A stretch of 64,000 bases of DNA from Eledone cirrhosa. Its lineage: Eukaryota. Under the pieces are notes generated by a model. The model had not been told where the DNA came from, did not search any database, and saw only the letters and a list, made by a program, of their open reading frames with translations. Shown in pieces: positions 48,679-63,920 of this stretch (its first letter is position 1; each line of letters opens with the position of its first letter). The stretch is taken from the NCBI GenBank assembly GCA_964016885.1, contig OZ024764.1, forward strand, positions 12,214,001 through 12,278,000. Direction: 5' to 3'. The translations under genes were made by a program, and so were the position numbers.

Positions 48679-48706
48679 CATGGAACTCCTTTAACCATAT
48701 TTTGAT

Positions 48707-48791
<85 letters not shown>

Positions 48792-49031
48792 AAGGTTTAG
48801 CAAATAATGAAAAAGTTTCAAAATAAATTTTAAAAAATTGACTTTACCTACTATAGTTACCTTTACCGATCGGTTTCGAATCCCCAAAATAAACGGAGAC
48901 CATATATATATATATATATAAATACATATACACACATATGTATGTATCTATATGCATATGTGTTTCAGAAAGACAGATAAAGTATGTTTGCATTTTCTAC
49001 GGCTGCAAATAAGCATTTTAGTATATATATA

Positions 49032-49099
<68 letters not shown>

Positions 49100-49103
<4 letters not shown>

Positions 49104-49274
49104 AGAAGTTCTATTTAATTTATTGGGATACAACAAGCAAATATTTTTATAACTGATATAAAGCACTCGACAAATTATTGGAGTAAAAATACAATATATT
49201 AACAAATGGAAACTATATTTATAAAACCATAAAATATGGTTTTATAAATATAGTTTCCATTTGTTAATATATCG

Positions 49275-49275
<1 letters not shown>
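49100..49275. mobile_element. H1 tail fragment with short foldback (HHR lost)
   Basis: AACAAATGGAAACTATATTTATAAAACCAT mirrored around ~49233. Confidence 0.65.
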
Positions 49276-49312
<37 letters not shown>

Positions 49313-49323
49313 TATAGATACAT

Positions 49324-49362
<39 letters not shown>

Positions 49363-49639
49363 CACACACACACACATATATATATATATATGCGTATATA
49401 TATATATATATGCGTATATATGTATGTACGTATATGTATGTAAATTTACATATATGTATGTATGTATGTCAAATTATTGTGAAGCCAATTCTTATAATTA
49501 TCTTAATGAGAAATACTGTGTAGTGACAGTAATAGGGACTGATGTGTGTGTGTGTGTGTGATGTACACATATACACACACAGAGCCTGAGATATATATAT
49601 ATATACGCCATATATATATATATACACACTGTTATACCA

Positions 49640-50510
49640 CATACATACATATGCTCAAACACACACACACTCAAACGCAGGCTCACACACACTCACACAG
49701 ACACGCACACACACACATGCACTCACACACACACATGCACACACACACACACACACACGCGCACACACTCAGACACACCATTCAAACCCACACACATACT
49801 CAAACATACATACACACTCACAAACATATACTAAATCTCAAAACACACACTGATACACACACTCAAACACACATACTCAAACACGTACACACCCAAACAC
49901 TCACTCACTCATACTTAAACACACGTACACACTCGCACACACACACATACTAAATCTCAAAAACACTCTGACACACATACTCAAACACGTACACACCCAA
50001 ATACTCACACACAGACACATACTCAAACATACATACACACTCACAAACACACCTACTAAATCTCAAAAACACACACTGATACACACACTCAAACACACAT
50101 ATTCAAACACGTACACACCCAAACAGTCACACACACACATACTTAAACACACATACACACTCGCACACACACACATATACTAAATCTCAAAAGCACCGAC
50201 TGACACACACACTCAAATACACATATTCAAACACGTACACACCCAAACACACATATTCAAGCACGTACACACCCAAACACTCATACACACACACACACAC
50301 ACACATACTCCAACATATATACACACATACTCAAACATACATACACACTCACAAAAAAAAACACATACTAAAACTCAAAAACACATATTGACACACAATC
50401 ACTCACATACACACACACACATACATACCCCTCACACACTCTTTCACACGCGCACACACACACACACACACACACTCACCTTCACACACACACACACACT
50501 GAAACACACA
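49640..50510. repeat. Degenerate (CA)-based minisatellite
   Basis: Recurring CTCAAACAC, ACTAAATCTCAAAA and ACGTACACACCCAAA. Confidence 0.75.
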
Positions 50511-50779
50511 CACACACCGAAATATATCAGGCAGAAGGAAGGAAAGTGAACAAAGAGAGAGAGCGTGTGAAATCGAAATAGACAGAAACCATACATCACA
50601 TCAAACGACCATAAAGAGGCGATGTTTAGTGTAAGGAATTTTTGCACACTACCAGCAGTGTGTGCATGTGCAATGGTGCACCGAGCTGTGCCAGACATGT
50701 TGGTGGTGTTGCATTTAAGGATGAAGGCGTGTCGATGGTTTTAATAGTATGTTTATGCATGTATGCACACTTGCACACT

Positions 50780-50814
<35 letters not shown>

Positions 50815-50968
50815 ATATATGTATATAAATATATATGTTAGGTTTGTGTGTGTTAGTATATATATCTATCTTTATATATGTGTGTGTGTATGTATATTAT
50901 ATATATATGTGTGTGTGTGTGTGTGTATATATATATGTATACATTTACAAAAATATATATATTTATAC

Positions 50969-51068
<100 letters not shown>

Positions 51069-51083
51069 ATATATATACATACA

Positions 51084-51143
<60 letters not shown>

Positions 51144-51179
51144 TGTATATATACATATATGTATATATATATATATACA

Positions 51180-51245
<66 letters not shown>

Positions 51246-51711
51246 CATACATTCATATATGCACACATATATATGTATAAACACACATAGACACACACAC
51301 ACACATATGTATACATGTGTGTGTATGAATATACACTAGTTGTGTCCATAGAAGTACTAATTAAGTCCAGTTTTTAATAATATTTAAATATTTTATTAAA
51401 TTATTACACGATCAGAAACTAATTTCACATAATTATACAATGGAATATTATGTTTCTACACCTATTATACATACATGCATATATATACATACATATATAT
51501 ATACATACATATATTTCTCTTTTCCAACTACCAATCTCGTTCTTTACCGCTCTGCCTGTCTAGTAATATAATATATATATATATATATATATAAGTATAT
51601 ATATATATAAGTATATATAAGTATATATATATAAGTATATATATATATAAGTATATATATATATATATATATATAAGTATATATATATATAAGTATATAT
51701 ATATATATAAG

Positions 51712-51781
<70 letters not shown>

Positions 51782-51815
51782 TATATATATATATAAGTAT
51801 ATATATATATATAAG

Positions 51816-51858
<43 letters not shown>

Positions 51859-51863
<5 letters not shown>

Positions 51864-51944
51864 AACCAGTAAGACCCCGACGGCTGAGCTCAAGCCGTTT
51901 CGAAACGGCTTGAGCTCAGCCGTCGGGGTCTTACTGGTTCCTAT
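51859..51944. repeat. Perfect 86-bp palindrome made of an HHR 3' half
   Basis: 43-bp arms with no spacer, centre TTTC|GAAA; each arm reads GAA-ACGGCT TGAGCTC AGCCGT-C. Confidence 0.9.
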
Positions 51945-52177
51945 TACCCACTCTACTACCCCAAGTATTGAGTACTTTGGTGCGTTATGGTCCACCTGGT
52001 TCCTTACCACATTTCCTTCGTTATATATATATATATATATATATATATGGAAAGTTATATTTAAATTGTTGGGTTACAACTAGTAAATATTTATAACTGA
52101 TATAAAAGCACTCGACAAGTATTTGGAGTATATTTACAATATTAAATAAATGGAAACTATATTTATAAAACCATATT

Positions 52178-52243
52178 TATTTCATTATATATATTTCAGG
52201 GATATCATATTAACAATATGCTATGCCTTCCTCAGACAAAATA
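52178..52243 (-). ncRNA. Type I hammerhead ribozyme, H1 subfamily
   Basis: UAUUUUGU-CUGAGGA-AGG C AUAGCAUAUU GUU AAUAUGAUAU C CCU-GAAA-UAUAUAUA-AUGAAAUA. Confidence 0.8.
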
Positions 52244-52418
52244 CAATATAAACAGTTTTATAGATGAATAGATAAATAGATTCGACATACCGTAACAACA
52301 TCGACTTGTATTTGAAAGAGTTGAATTGGCAGTTGAACTGCCAATTCAACTCTTTCAAATACAAGTCGATGTTGTTACGGTATGTCGAATCTATTTATCT
52401 ATAAAACTGTTTATATTG

Positions 52419-52484
52419 TATTTTGTCTGAGGAAGGCATAGCATATTGTTAATATGATATCCCTGAAATATATATAATGAAATA
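52419..52484 (+). ncRNA. Type I hammerhead ribozyme, H1 subfamily
   Basis: Same motif as 52178-52243, on the plus strand. Confidence 0.8.
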
Positions 52485-52493
52485 AATATGTTG

Positions 52494-52529
<36 letters not shown>

Positions 52530-52631
52530 ATGGCTTCTACAGGACTAGAACTGTTACAGTCGGAAATCATTAGGAAACCGTTACGTACTGTGGTTACCCC
52601 CGATTGAACCCGGGATAAACCTATATATATA

Positions 52632-52712
<81 letters not shown>

Positions 52713-52724
52713 ATATATATATAA

Positions 52725-52757
<33 letters not shown>

Positions 52758-52853
52758 ATATATATGTGTGTGTTCTGTGTTCGAATGGAGTAGACCACAG
52801 TAAGTAAGGTACTCAATACATAGTAGAGTATAAACAATATTTTATATAGAAAT

Positions 52854-52904
52854 GGCTTCTACAGGACTAGAACTGTTTCATTCGGGAGAAATCATCAGGA
52901 AACC
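52854..52904 (-). ncRNA. Type I hammerhead-like motif
   Basis: GGUUUC-CUGAUGA-U UUC UCCC GAA U-GAA-ACAG UUCUAGUC CUGU-A-GAAGCC; decayed copy at ~52531-52580. Confidence 0.6.
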
Positions 52905-52911
52905 TTTAAAC

Positions 52912-52956
<45 letters not shown>

Positions 52957-52958
<2 letters not shown>

Positions 52959-53197
52959 CAAAATATTAATAAATGGATACATTTAGGTAATCAAAATATG
53001 TTTTATTATATATATTTCGGAGGTACTGTTCCTCCGAAATATATATAATAAAATATATTTTGATTACGTGAATGTCTATATTTATTCATATTTGGAATTA
53101 ATATTAATAACTCTGGCAAATTGATGTGTTGAGTGCTTTTAATCTATTGTAAAACTATATTCATTGAGTAATCAATGAACCTTGTTAACATTTGGTT

Positions 53198-53200
<3 letters not shown>
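52957..53200. mobile_element. H1-like foldback joined through stem II (CUGA core absent)
   Basis: TTTCGGAGG-TACTGTT-CCTCCGAAA-TATATATA-ATAAAATA mirrored. Confidence 0.65.
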
Positions 53201-53235
<35 letters not shown>

Positions 53236-53359
53236 TTACATAGATCAATAACTGAGTATAGATACAATGTATTATCACCATCTAGAAACGATCGTAAAGC
53301 AGTGAAGTATATCTCTAATGATTTTATTTCATTGTTTTAACTTATATATATATATATAT

Positions 53360-53395
<36 letters not shown>

Positions 53396-53484
53396 TCTAC
53401 CTCTTCTCCTCCTCCTTCTTCCCGTTTGACCTGTGCGTAATTCTTTTCTTTCGCACCCTTGGTCAGGCAGGTCGCTTTTTTTTC

Positions 53485-53852
53485 TCTCTCTCGTCTACGA
53501 TTTCACAGAACTTACGTTTACTGAATTCACAGGCTAGATCCCTTCTTCCTCCCGTTAGACCTGTACGGAATTCCTTCCTTGCTCACATTCCAACCAGGTT
53601 TGATGGTCTTTATTCTCTCTCGTTCACGATTTCACCGAACTGATATTCATGGAAATTTGGGACTTGACTCCTTCTTCCTCACTTTTCGTTGTTTCACAAT
53701 CTTTGTTTGTTTACACTCTCGTGTCCCCTTTATTTACGTGTCCCAACGACTTTTTTTAGCCGGTGCTCGCACCAACCGGAGGTATATGGTCTTTAAAGCG
53801 ATGAAATACCAATGATGGTTGGAAGATCACTGATGAAGGACTAACTTTATTC
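53485..53852 (+). mobile_element. Dispersed ~360-bp repeat ending in CTGATGAAGGAC then (TA)n; second copy at 59950-60312
   Basis: Clear colinear similarity (CCCGTTAGACCTGT.CG.AATTCCTTCCTTGCTCACATT.CAACCAGG). Confidence 0.7.
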
Positions 53853-53963
53853 ATATATATATATATGTATATATATACTTGACCTCTATTGGTCAATTCA
53901 AAGCCTGTTCCCAAACAGACCTTTTATATTAAATGCTTGTTGGTTTTTTTCAATAAACAAATC

Positions 53964-54119
53964 TCATCATTTCTGAAGACGGCATGTATATGTGAAGGTA
54001 TGTATATTTCCTCTGATAATTTGTAATATTTTTACATAGATCTATACATTTTTACATAGATCTATATGATATACATACCAACACACATATGCATCCCAGA
54101 AACGATCGTAAAATGATGA
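53964..54119 (+). ncRNA. Type I hammerhead ribozyme with long stem II, family H3
   Basis: TCATCATTT-CTGAAGA-C GG C ATG..GGTATGTATAT..ATATACATACC..CAT C CC A-GAA-ACGATCGT-A-AAATGATGA; perfect 9-bp stem I. Confidence 0.72.
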
Positions 54120-54429
54120 ATTTTTTTAATATGGGGAACTTGTTCTTTGTTTTTATTTCATTGTTTTTATTAATTTATATATATATATATCATAAAATAT
54201 ATACAATGTATATATATATATCCAATATATATATATATATATACATAAAAATATATATATATACACAAATACATATATATATATATATATATATATGAGT
54301 TATGTCTATCTGTCTAAATGTGTGCTCTCCAATTATGTTTGTTATTTACTAAGTCGAATTTGGACGGAAAAAATATGAATGGATTTATTCTGAGAAAATA
54401 ATTGTTTTAGTAATATTGTCTGAAATAAG

Positions 54430-54865
54430 CATATATACACAGACACACATATATACACAGACACACATATATATACACAGGCACACATATATACACAGAC
54501 ACACATATATATACACAGACACATATATACACACAGACACATATATATACACAGACACATATGTACACACAGACACATATATACACACAGACACATATAT
54601 ATACACAGACACATATATACACACAAACACATATATATACACAGACACATATATACACACAGACACATATATATACACAGACACATATATACACACAGAC
54701 ACATATATATACACAGACACACATATATACACACAGACACATATATACACACAGACACATATATATACACAGACACACATATACACACAGACACATATAT
54801 ACACACAGACACATATATATACACAGACACACATATATATACACAGGCACACATACACACACACA
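54430..54865. repeat. ~18-bp ACACAGACACATATAT minisatellite
   Basis: Direct inspection. Confidence 0.9.
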
Positions 54866-54981
54866 TATATATACGTGTGTGTGCGTGGGGGGGGGCGGTG
54901 TACGCTCATTTAAGCAAATATATTTATAATATTTATATATAGAGGGTCTGCATAGCTGGACCGTGGAGACGACTAATCATG

Positions 54982-55030
<49 letters not shown>

Positions 55031-55185
55031 ATGCAATATATGTATATATATACACACACATACAGAGACACAGACACACATACATATATACACATATATA
55101 TATATATATGTATAAATCTCTCTCTCTCTCTTTCCCTTTGTCTCTCTCTCTGTATACACATATATATATATATATGAGAGAGAGA

Positions 55186-55256
<71 letters not shown>

Positions 55257-55796
55257 AGAGAGAGAGAGCCACAGGGATATATTAATGGTTCGTATATTGT
55301 ATGTATATTTATGCTTGAACGAGTGTATATATATTTGATGAAGGTCTAAATATATTTACATAACTCTATTCCTTTAGTTAATATCAATATTTATTAAATA
55401 CACATTAATATAAATCCATCTATATTAATGTATACATACATATATTTATATAAATATCTATATATACCTATATATATACATACATACATACATGTGTATG
55501 TATGTATATATATGTATGTATGTATATATATATATATATATATAATATAATATGTGTTTTTATGTATGTATAGGTATATATAGGTATATATAGATATATA
55601 TATAAATATATGTATGTATACTTAAATATAGATGGATTTTTATTAATGTATATATATATATATATACATTATATACTGTATATATATATATATATACATT
55701 ACTGTCCATAATATTTTTACTGCCAAATCAACTTCCCAAATGCAAGTCGATTGAAAGGTATGTCGTATCTATTTATTTATAAGACTGTTTATATTG

Positions 55797-55862
55797 TATT
55801 TTGTCTGAAGAAGGCATAACATATTGTTAATATGATATCCCTGAAATATATATAATGAAATA
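55797..55862 (+). ncRNA. Type I hammerhead ribozyme, H1 subfamily
   Basis: TATTTTGT-CTGAAGA-AGG C ATA..TAT C CCT-GAAA-TATATATA-ATGAAATA. Confidence 0.8.
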
Positions 55863-55899
55863 AATATGGTTTTATAAATATAGTTTCCATTTATTTAAT

Positions 55900-56021
<122 letters not shown>

Positions 56022-56026
56022 TATAC

Positions 56027-56087
<61 letters not shown>

Positions 56088-56222
56088 TGTGGTACCAGGA
56101 AAAACAGGAATAACTTAGTAGGAAAAATTGGTGATAAGGAGAACTTTATTGAGGGTTCATTCTATAACATATGTTTCTATACAATAACTGTCTACATCCG
56201 CTGACTGCATGAATATATATAT

Positions 56223-56253
<31 letters not shown>

Positions 56254-56389
56254 GTGCGTGTGCCTGTGTGTTTGTGTGTGTGTGTGTGTGTGTGTAAAAG
56301 GTAAACAGAAATAACAATACAATCGGTACAGTATATGGAATGTATATATTAGGTTAACGCTTGGTATAGCAGGAAGAGGGTATATATCC

Positions 56390-56431
<42 letters not shown>

Positions 56432-56559
56432 TTATCTATCTATCTATATCAGCCTGTAGGTTGAGGAAAAGGAGGAGGAGAGGAAAGGAGTACAAACTCT
56501 TCGTACTCCTGGAGATGAGGGTTTCACATTTTTTCGGGGGTATGTGTTACCCATATGTA

Positions 56560-57172
<613 letters not shown>

Positions 57173-57335
57173 GTATACTAATAAAACTCTGTGGTTGCTT
57201 GCTCGCTTGTTTGTCTGTAATGGAATACAGCCAAAAGGGCGCATAATGGGAAATACTTTGAAAGGAAGTTGTCCCTGAAATGGGAATACAGATGGAATAA
57301 AACAAGCTTCGCGTAAATCGAAGCACGCGTTCACG

Positions 57336-57448
<113 letters not shown>

Positions 57449-57599
57449 TCTTTCGCTATTGATCAGCTGAAGGTTCGATTTGTATTGATCTAGCCCGACT
57501 CTGGAATCAAAAGATCGCTGACCCTCTGTTGTGGTAATGATAATACATATATATATATATATATATATGCACACATACATACAAACACACACACACACG

Positions 57600-57642
<43 letters not shown>

Positions 57643-57676
57643 TTATATGGACACATACATACAAACGCATACACAC

Positions 57677-57724
<48 letters not shown>

Positions 57725-57842
57725 GCACACATACATACAAACACACACACACGCATACACACACGCATACACACCCACCCACACACACACATATATATAT
57801 ATATATATGCACATATACATACAAACACACACACACGCATAT

Positions 57843-57890
<48 letters not shown>

Positions 57891-58377
57891 CATATATATA
57901 TAATATATATATATGTATATAAATATATATACATATATATATATGTATTTATATATATATGTACATATATATATATATATATATATTGTGTGATAGATAG
58001 ATAGAGAGAGGGAGAGAGAGAGAGACAGACAGAGAGAGAAAAAGAGAGAGAGACGGAGAGAACAGACGTTCAAACATCGTTATATAAATATATTTGCGTG
58101 TATTTGTTTTTGTAAGATAAACACATGTGGAAACTAGTGTATATATGGAGTCTGTATATAAAGTAAGTATATGAGTGTATATAGAGTGACTATATGTGTG
58201 TATATAGAGTGACTATATGTGTGTATATAGAGTGTGTGAGCTTTGTAGTTAGATAATTGTTTCTACTTTTTTTTTTTTTTTCTTCAGATAGATAGAAATG
58301 TATGTATATAATCATATATGTGTGATTAGAGTATTTCCATAATTTGTGGTCTCCATGGTCCCAGAACTGCAGTCTTA

Positions 58378-58437
<60 letters not shown>

Positions 58438-58528
58438 GGAGAGGGAGAGAGAGAGAGTGAGAGAGAGAGATATAGATATATACATAGATATATATATATA
58501 TATATATATAGATATATATATATGTATA

Positions 58529-58570
<42 letters not shown>

Positions 58571-58615
58571 ATATATAGGTATATATGGCCATCTATACGT
58601 ATATATATATACAAG

Positions 58616-58646
<31 letters not shown>

Positions 58647-58683
58647 ATAGATACATATGTATATATATTTATATATATATATG

Positions 58684-58744
<61 letters not shown>

Positions 58745-58776
58745 TGTATATATTTATATATATAGTTATGTATATA

Positions 58777-58821
<45 letters not shown>

Positions 58822-58873
58822 ATATATTTATACATATAAATATATATACATTTATTTATATAGATATATATGG

Positions 58874-58923
<50 letters not shown>

Positions 58924-58947
58924 CTATATATATATATATATATATAC

Positions 58948-58998
<51 letters not shown>

Positions 58999-59047
58999 TA
59001 CGTATATATCTATATCTCTCTCTCTCTATCTCTCTCTCTCACACACA

Positions 59048-59114
<67 letters not shown>

Positions 59115-59357
59115 CAGAGAGGGAGAGATGGCTCAGCGGTATGTAGCGTGACACACAGACAGAAATGACAAGTCCTCAGTTTTAATTACCATTTAAATGG
59201 TAACGAAGCAGACAGATTTAAGGGGTCAGATAGGTCGGTAGGTAACCCCGGGGGGTGGGGGCCACAGAGGGGAAGTAACAATTATATTTATACCTTATGT
59301 TGGGCAAACAGAATGAAAAATTGGAATTAGATTAGTGGAATGAAAAGAGGAAGTGTT

Positions 59358-59456
<99 letters not shown>

Positions 59457-59527
59457 TTGTATATATATATATATATATATATATGTGTCTGTGTGTATGC
59501 AAACATATATGTTCTTGATTTATTCTT

Positions 59528-59567
<40 letters not shown>

Positions 59568-59571
<4 letters not shown>

Positions 59572-59841
59572 GGTGGTGAGTTTTATTGTAGTACAATAAA
59601 GGAATGCAGATATCGGATAAGAAGCACTCTACAGTTTGTAGGACTGGAGTATACATAATATATAAGATCAAAAGATGGTTATATGTTGATTTAAAACTGC
59701 ACTATCCACAAGTGTTTTTAACCTTCATATCATGTCTTCCTATTTTATCTGATGAAAACACAAATGTTATTGCATGATGATATTTGTTTTTGAAATGCGC
59801 ATAATAAAATACATGGAACTCATTTAACCATCTTTTGATCT

Positions 59842-59845
<4 letters not shown>
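59568..59845. mobile_element. H2 ribozyme element (short inverted tail plus forward arm)
   Basis: Minus arm 59568-59680; forward arm from ATATGTTGATTT at 59681. Confidence 0.8.
59741..59811 (+). ncRNA. Type I hammerhead ribozyme, family H2
   Basis: TATTTTAT-CTGATGA-AAAC..TTTT-GAAATGCGCATA-ATAAAATA. Confidence 0.82.
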
Positions 59846-59878
<33 letters not shown>

Positions 59879-59882
59879 ATAC

Positions 59883-59914
<32 letters not shown>

Positions 59915-60308
59915 ATTTATATTTATACATATATGTGTGTGTGTATATTCTCTCTCTCGTCTGCGTCTTCACAGAACTTATGTTTACCGAATTCGCAGAC
60001 CAGACCCCTTCTTCTTCCTCCCGTTAGACCTGTGCGAAATTCCTTCCTTGCTCACATTTCAACCAGGTCTGATGGTCTTTATTCTCTAGTTCACGATTTT
60101 ATCGAGTTTATATTCATAGAAATCTGGGACTTGTCTCTTTCTTCTCACTTTCTGTTGCTTAAACCATTTTGTTTGTTCACCCTAACGTTCTCTTTATTTA
60201 CGTGTCCCAACGACTTTTTTTAGCCGTTGTTCGCACCAACCTGAGGTATATGGCCCTTAAAGCGATGAAATGCCTAGGACGGTTGGAGGGTCACTGATGA
60301 AGGACTCA

Positions 60309-60361
<53 letters not shown>

Positions 60362-60364
60362 AAG

Positions 60365-60487
60365 GTTAGAAACTCAAAGTAGTCTCTTACAATAAAATAG
60401 CTCAAGGAAAGAGATTTTTCCCAGCCATATATTATAATCTCTTTCCTAGAGCTACTTTATTGTAAGAGACTATTTTGAGTTTCTAAC
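60365..60487. repeat. Inverted repeat, ~52-bp arms
   Basis: GTTAGAAACTCAAA.TAGTCTCTTACAATAAA.TAGCTC.AGGAAAGAGATT mirrored. Confidence 0.8.
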
Positions 60488-60702
60488 TCAATATATACCT
60501 TTGATATATTCTAACTCAACATATACCTTTGATATATTCGGCTCTGTTAATTTGTCGATAAATGTTGAGTAAATTTGGCTGCTATTTTTTAGTGGTGTGA
60601 GTTTGTGAGACACGCTAGGTTCTGATACCCTCTGCGTTATTATATATACGCTCACTATTCAGTTTTCTGAGATATTTAGAAGCGAGGAGTTTACTAATTT
60701 TA

Positions 60703-60780
60703 CACCCACTGATGAGCAATAATTGATAATCCTCTTCACAATTAATTTGTGAAACACCATTACCAAACGCTGTCTGGGTG
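60703..60780 (+). ncRNA. Type I hammerhead ribozyme with GUC triplet
   Basis: CACCCA-CTGATGA-GCAA TAATTG..CAATTA..TTGT-GAA-ACA..TGT-C-TGGGTG; predicted cleavage after 60774. Confidence 0.8.
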
Positions 60781-60952
60781 ATTGGTAGTTACCACAAATC
60801 CGGTTGGTATTTATTTTTTTTATTTATTCTTAAATTGAGTCTGGCAAACCCTATTGTCCATAGTTAGTATCTTTTTCACCCTAGCGAATCTGGTCCCTTA
60901 GGATTTGAACATATATATGTATATATCTATGTTTATCTCTCTTTTATATTCT

Positions 60953-61000
<48 letters not shown>

Positions 61001-61003
<3 letters not shown>

Positions 61004-61248
61004 TAGAAGGGGTATTTAATTTGTTGGAAGTCCGACAAATATAAATGTTTATAACTGATATAGAGCACTCAACAACATACTGGAGAATATCCAACCGATA
61101 AGGTATGATTTTCATGGGTTTGTCTCTATTTATAAAACAAACTTTGTATTTTATCTGATGAAAGCGCACCAATGTGTCTTGGTACCCTTAAAATATATAT
61201 ATTAAAATAAATATGGTTTTCTAAATATAGTTTCCATTTATTTAACAT

Positions 61249-61253
<5 letters not shown>
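61001..61253. mobile_element. H1 element with inactivated HHR (61147-61209)
   Basis: Inverted tail 61001-61089; forward arm from TCCAACCGATAAGG at 61090; GAAA mutated to AAAA (G12A). Confidence 0.75.
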
Positions 61254-61294
<41 letters not shown>

Positions 61295-61350
61295 CTGTAT
61301 GTGTGTGTGTATATATGTATATATAGATATAGATATATATGTATGCGTGT

Positions 61351-61391
<41 letters not shown>

Positions 61392-61393
61392 GA

Positions 61394-61805
61394 TTGGTAG
61401 TATCGGTAGACCGTCGGTCGCCATGCTTTGCGGCATAGAGTTACGTCCCTTTACGATCTGAGTTCAAGTCCCGACGAGGTTAACTTTACCTTTCATCCTT
61501 ACGGGGTCGATAGAATAGAGTACCAGTAATGCACTGGAATCAATAAATAAAGCACCTGTAATGTACTGGGTCAATAAATAAAGTACCTGTAATGTACTGG
61601 GGTTTTGCCTAAATCAGAAAACATGATAACGAGTATGATGCCTTGCAAGCTTACGGAAGATTTAGGCAGACAGCAACCGCCAACAATTGTAGGGGAAGGT
61701 AAAGTCGATTAGAACGGAGCCAGTGCATTACTGGTCGATAAAATAAGGTACCAGTAATACACTGGGGTTAATTGCTGGCCTTGTGTCTAAAGTAGAAACA
61801 ATTAT
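61394..61805 (+). mobile_element. SINE family A copy plus a 3' fragment
   Basis: GAGTTCAAGTCCCGACGAGGTTAACTTTACCTTTCATCCTTACGGGGTCGATA; second GGTCGATAAAATAAGGTACCAG..AGTAGAAAC at 61733-61800. Confidence 0.75.
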
Positions 61806-61824
61806 TATCATCGTCGTGATTATC

Positions 61825-63125
61825 TCCACCAATACCGCCAACACCATCACCACCATCAACGCCAAAACCACCACCACCACTACCAACACAACCACCACCA
61901 CCACCACCACCACCAACACCACCACCACCACCACAACCAGCCAACACCATCACCAACACCACTACCACCACCACTACCAACACTCTACTACCATCACCAT
62001 CACCACCAACACCACCACCATCACCACCACTACCACCAACACCACCACCACAATCACCACCACCATTCTACCACCACCACCACCAATACCACCACCATCA
62101 CCACCACTACCACCAACACCACCACCACAATCACCACCACCATTCTACCACCACCACCACCAATACCACCACTAACATCACCACCACCACCACCACCACC
62201 ACCACCACCACCACCACCACCACCACCACCACCACCAACACCATCACCACCACCACAACCACCAACACCATCACAACCACCACCACCACCACCACCACCA
62301 ATACCACCACCATCACCACCACTACCACCAACACCACCACCACAATCACCACCACCATTCTACCACCACCACCACCAATACCACCACTAACATCACCACC
62401 ACCACCACCACCACCACCACCACCACCACCACCACCACCACCACCACCACCACCACCAACACCATCACCACCACCACAACCACCAACACCATCACAACCA
62501 CCACCACCACCACCACCACCAATACCACCACCATCACCACCACTACCACCAACACCACCACCACAATCACCACCACCATTCTACCACCACCACCACCAAT
62601 ACCACCACTAACACCACCACCACCACCACCACCACTACCAACACTCTACTACCATCACCATCACCACCAACACCACCACCATCACCACCACTACCACCAA
62701 CACCACCACCACAATCACCACCACCATTCTACCACCACCACCACCAATACCACCACTAACATCACCACAACCAGCCAACACCAACACCACCACCACCACC
62801 ACCACCACCACCACTTCCAACACTCTACTACCACCACCATCACCACCACCACCACAACCAGCCAACATCAACACCACCACCACCACCACCACCACCACCA
62901 CCACCACCACAACCAGCCAACACCAACACCACCACCACCACCACCACCACTACCAACACTCTACTACCACCACCACCACAACCAGCCAACACCAACACCA
63001 CCACCACCACCACCACCACCACTACCAACACTCTACTACCACCACCACCACAACCAGCCAACACCAACACCACCACCACCACCACCACCACCACCACCAC
63101 CACCACCACCACCACCACCACCACC
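61825..63125. repeat. (CAC)n-based repeat with higher-order ~220-bp duplications
   Basis: CACAATCACCACCACCATTCTACC recurring at ~62049, 62126, 62341, 62562 and 62710. Confidence 0.9.
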
Positions 63126-63355
63126 AGTACTATCTTCATTACAGACGTCTCCACCACTTCAGACCATTTCTACATCAAAAGACTGGAGGAGGAGGGACAT
63201 TCCATACCCCCACCCCACGCCCACACCCACCTCTACTTGACATTTTGGAAGGCGTAGAAGGAGGAGGTGGTGATACGTAGGTAGGGGGGGGGGGTTGAAG
63301 GGGAGGGGTAGAAGGATCAGGCGGTGACAAGCTAGACGGTTACAGATCTGTCTGC

Positions 63356-63588
<233 letters not shown>

Positions 63589-63596
63589 AATGTGTG

Positions 63597-63662
<66 letters not shown>

Positions 63663-63706
63663 AATGTGTGTATATATATATATGAATATATATATATATA
63701 GGTATA

Positions 63707-63737
<31 letters not shown>

Positions 63738-63816
63738 GGATATGTATATATATATATATAGGTATATATATATGTGTGTATATATATATATATATATGAA
63801 TATATATATATATACC

Positions 63817-63851
<35 letters not shown>

Positions 63852-63856
<5 letters not shown>

Positions 63857-63920
63857 TTCCAAAAAATGTATACACACTTCAGCATTCAAATCAAAGTGTG
63901 TATACATTTTGTGGGGCCCT
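63852..63920. mobile_element. ~70-bp hairpin MITE, Tc1/mariner-like TIRs
   Basis: AGGGTTTCCAAAAAATGTATACACACTT / AAGTGTGTATACATTTTGTGGGGCCCT; left end abuts (TA)n. Confidence 0.55.

Larger units (their letters stand above)
48284..48710. mobile_element. H2 ribozyme element, full inverted pair in (TA)n
   Basis: Arms mirror around ~48543; one HHR per arm. Confidence 0.85.
52048..52492. mobile_element. H1-subfamily ribozyme element, inverted pair in (TA)n
   Basis: Arms mirror around ~52335 (GGCAGTT G AACTGCC). Confidence 0.85.

Noticed and set aside
59128-59200. tRNA-like start TGGCTCAGCGG
   Set aside because: No B box or cloverleaf; probably a decayed SINE head. The SINE heads elsewhere are also not true tRNA genes.
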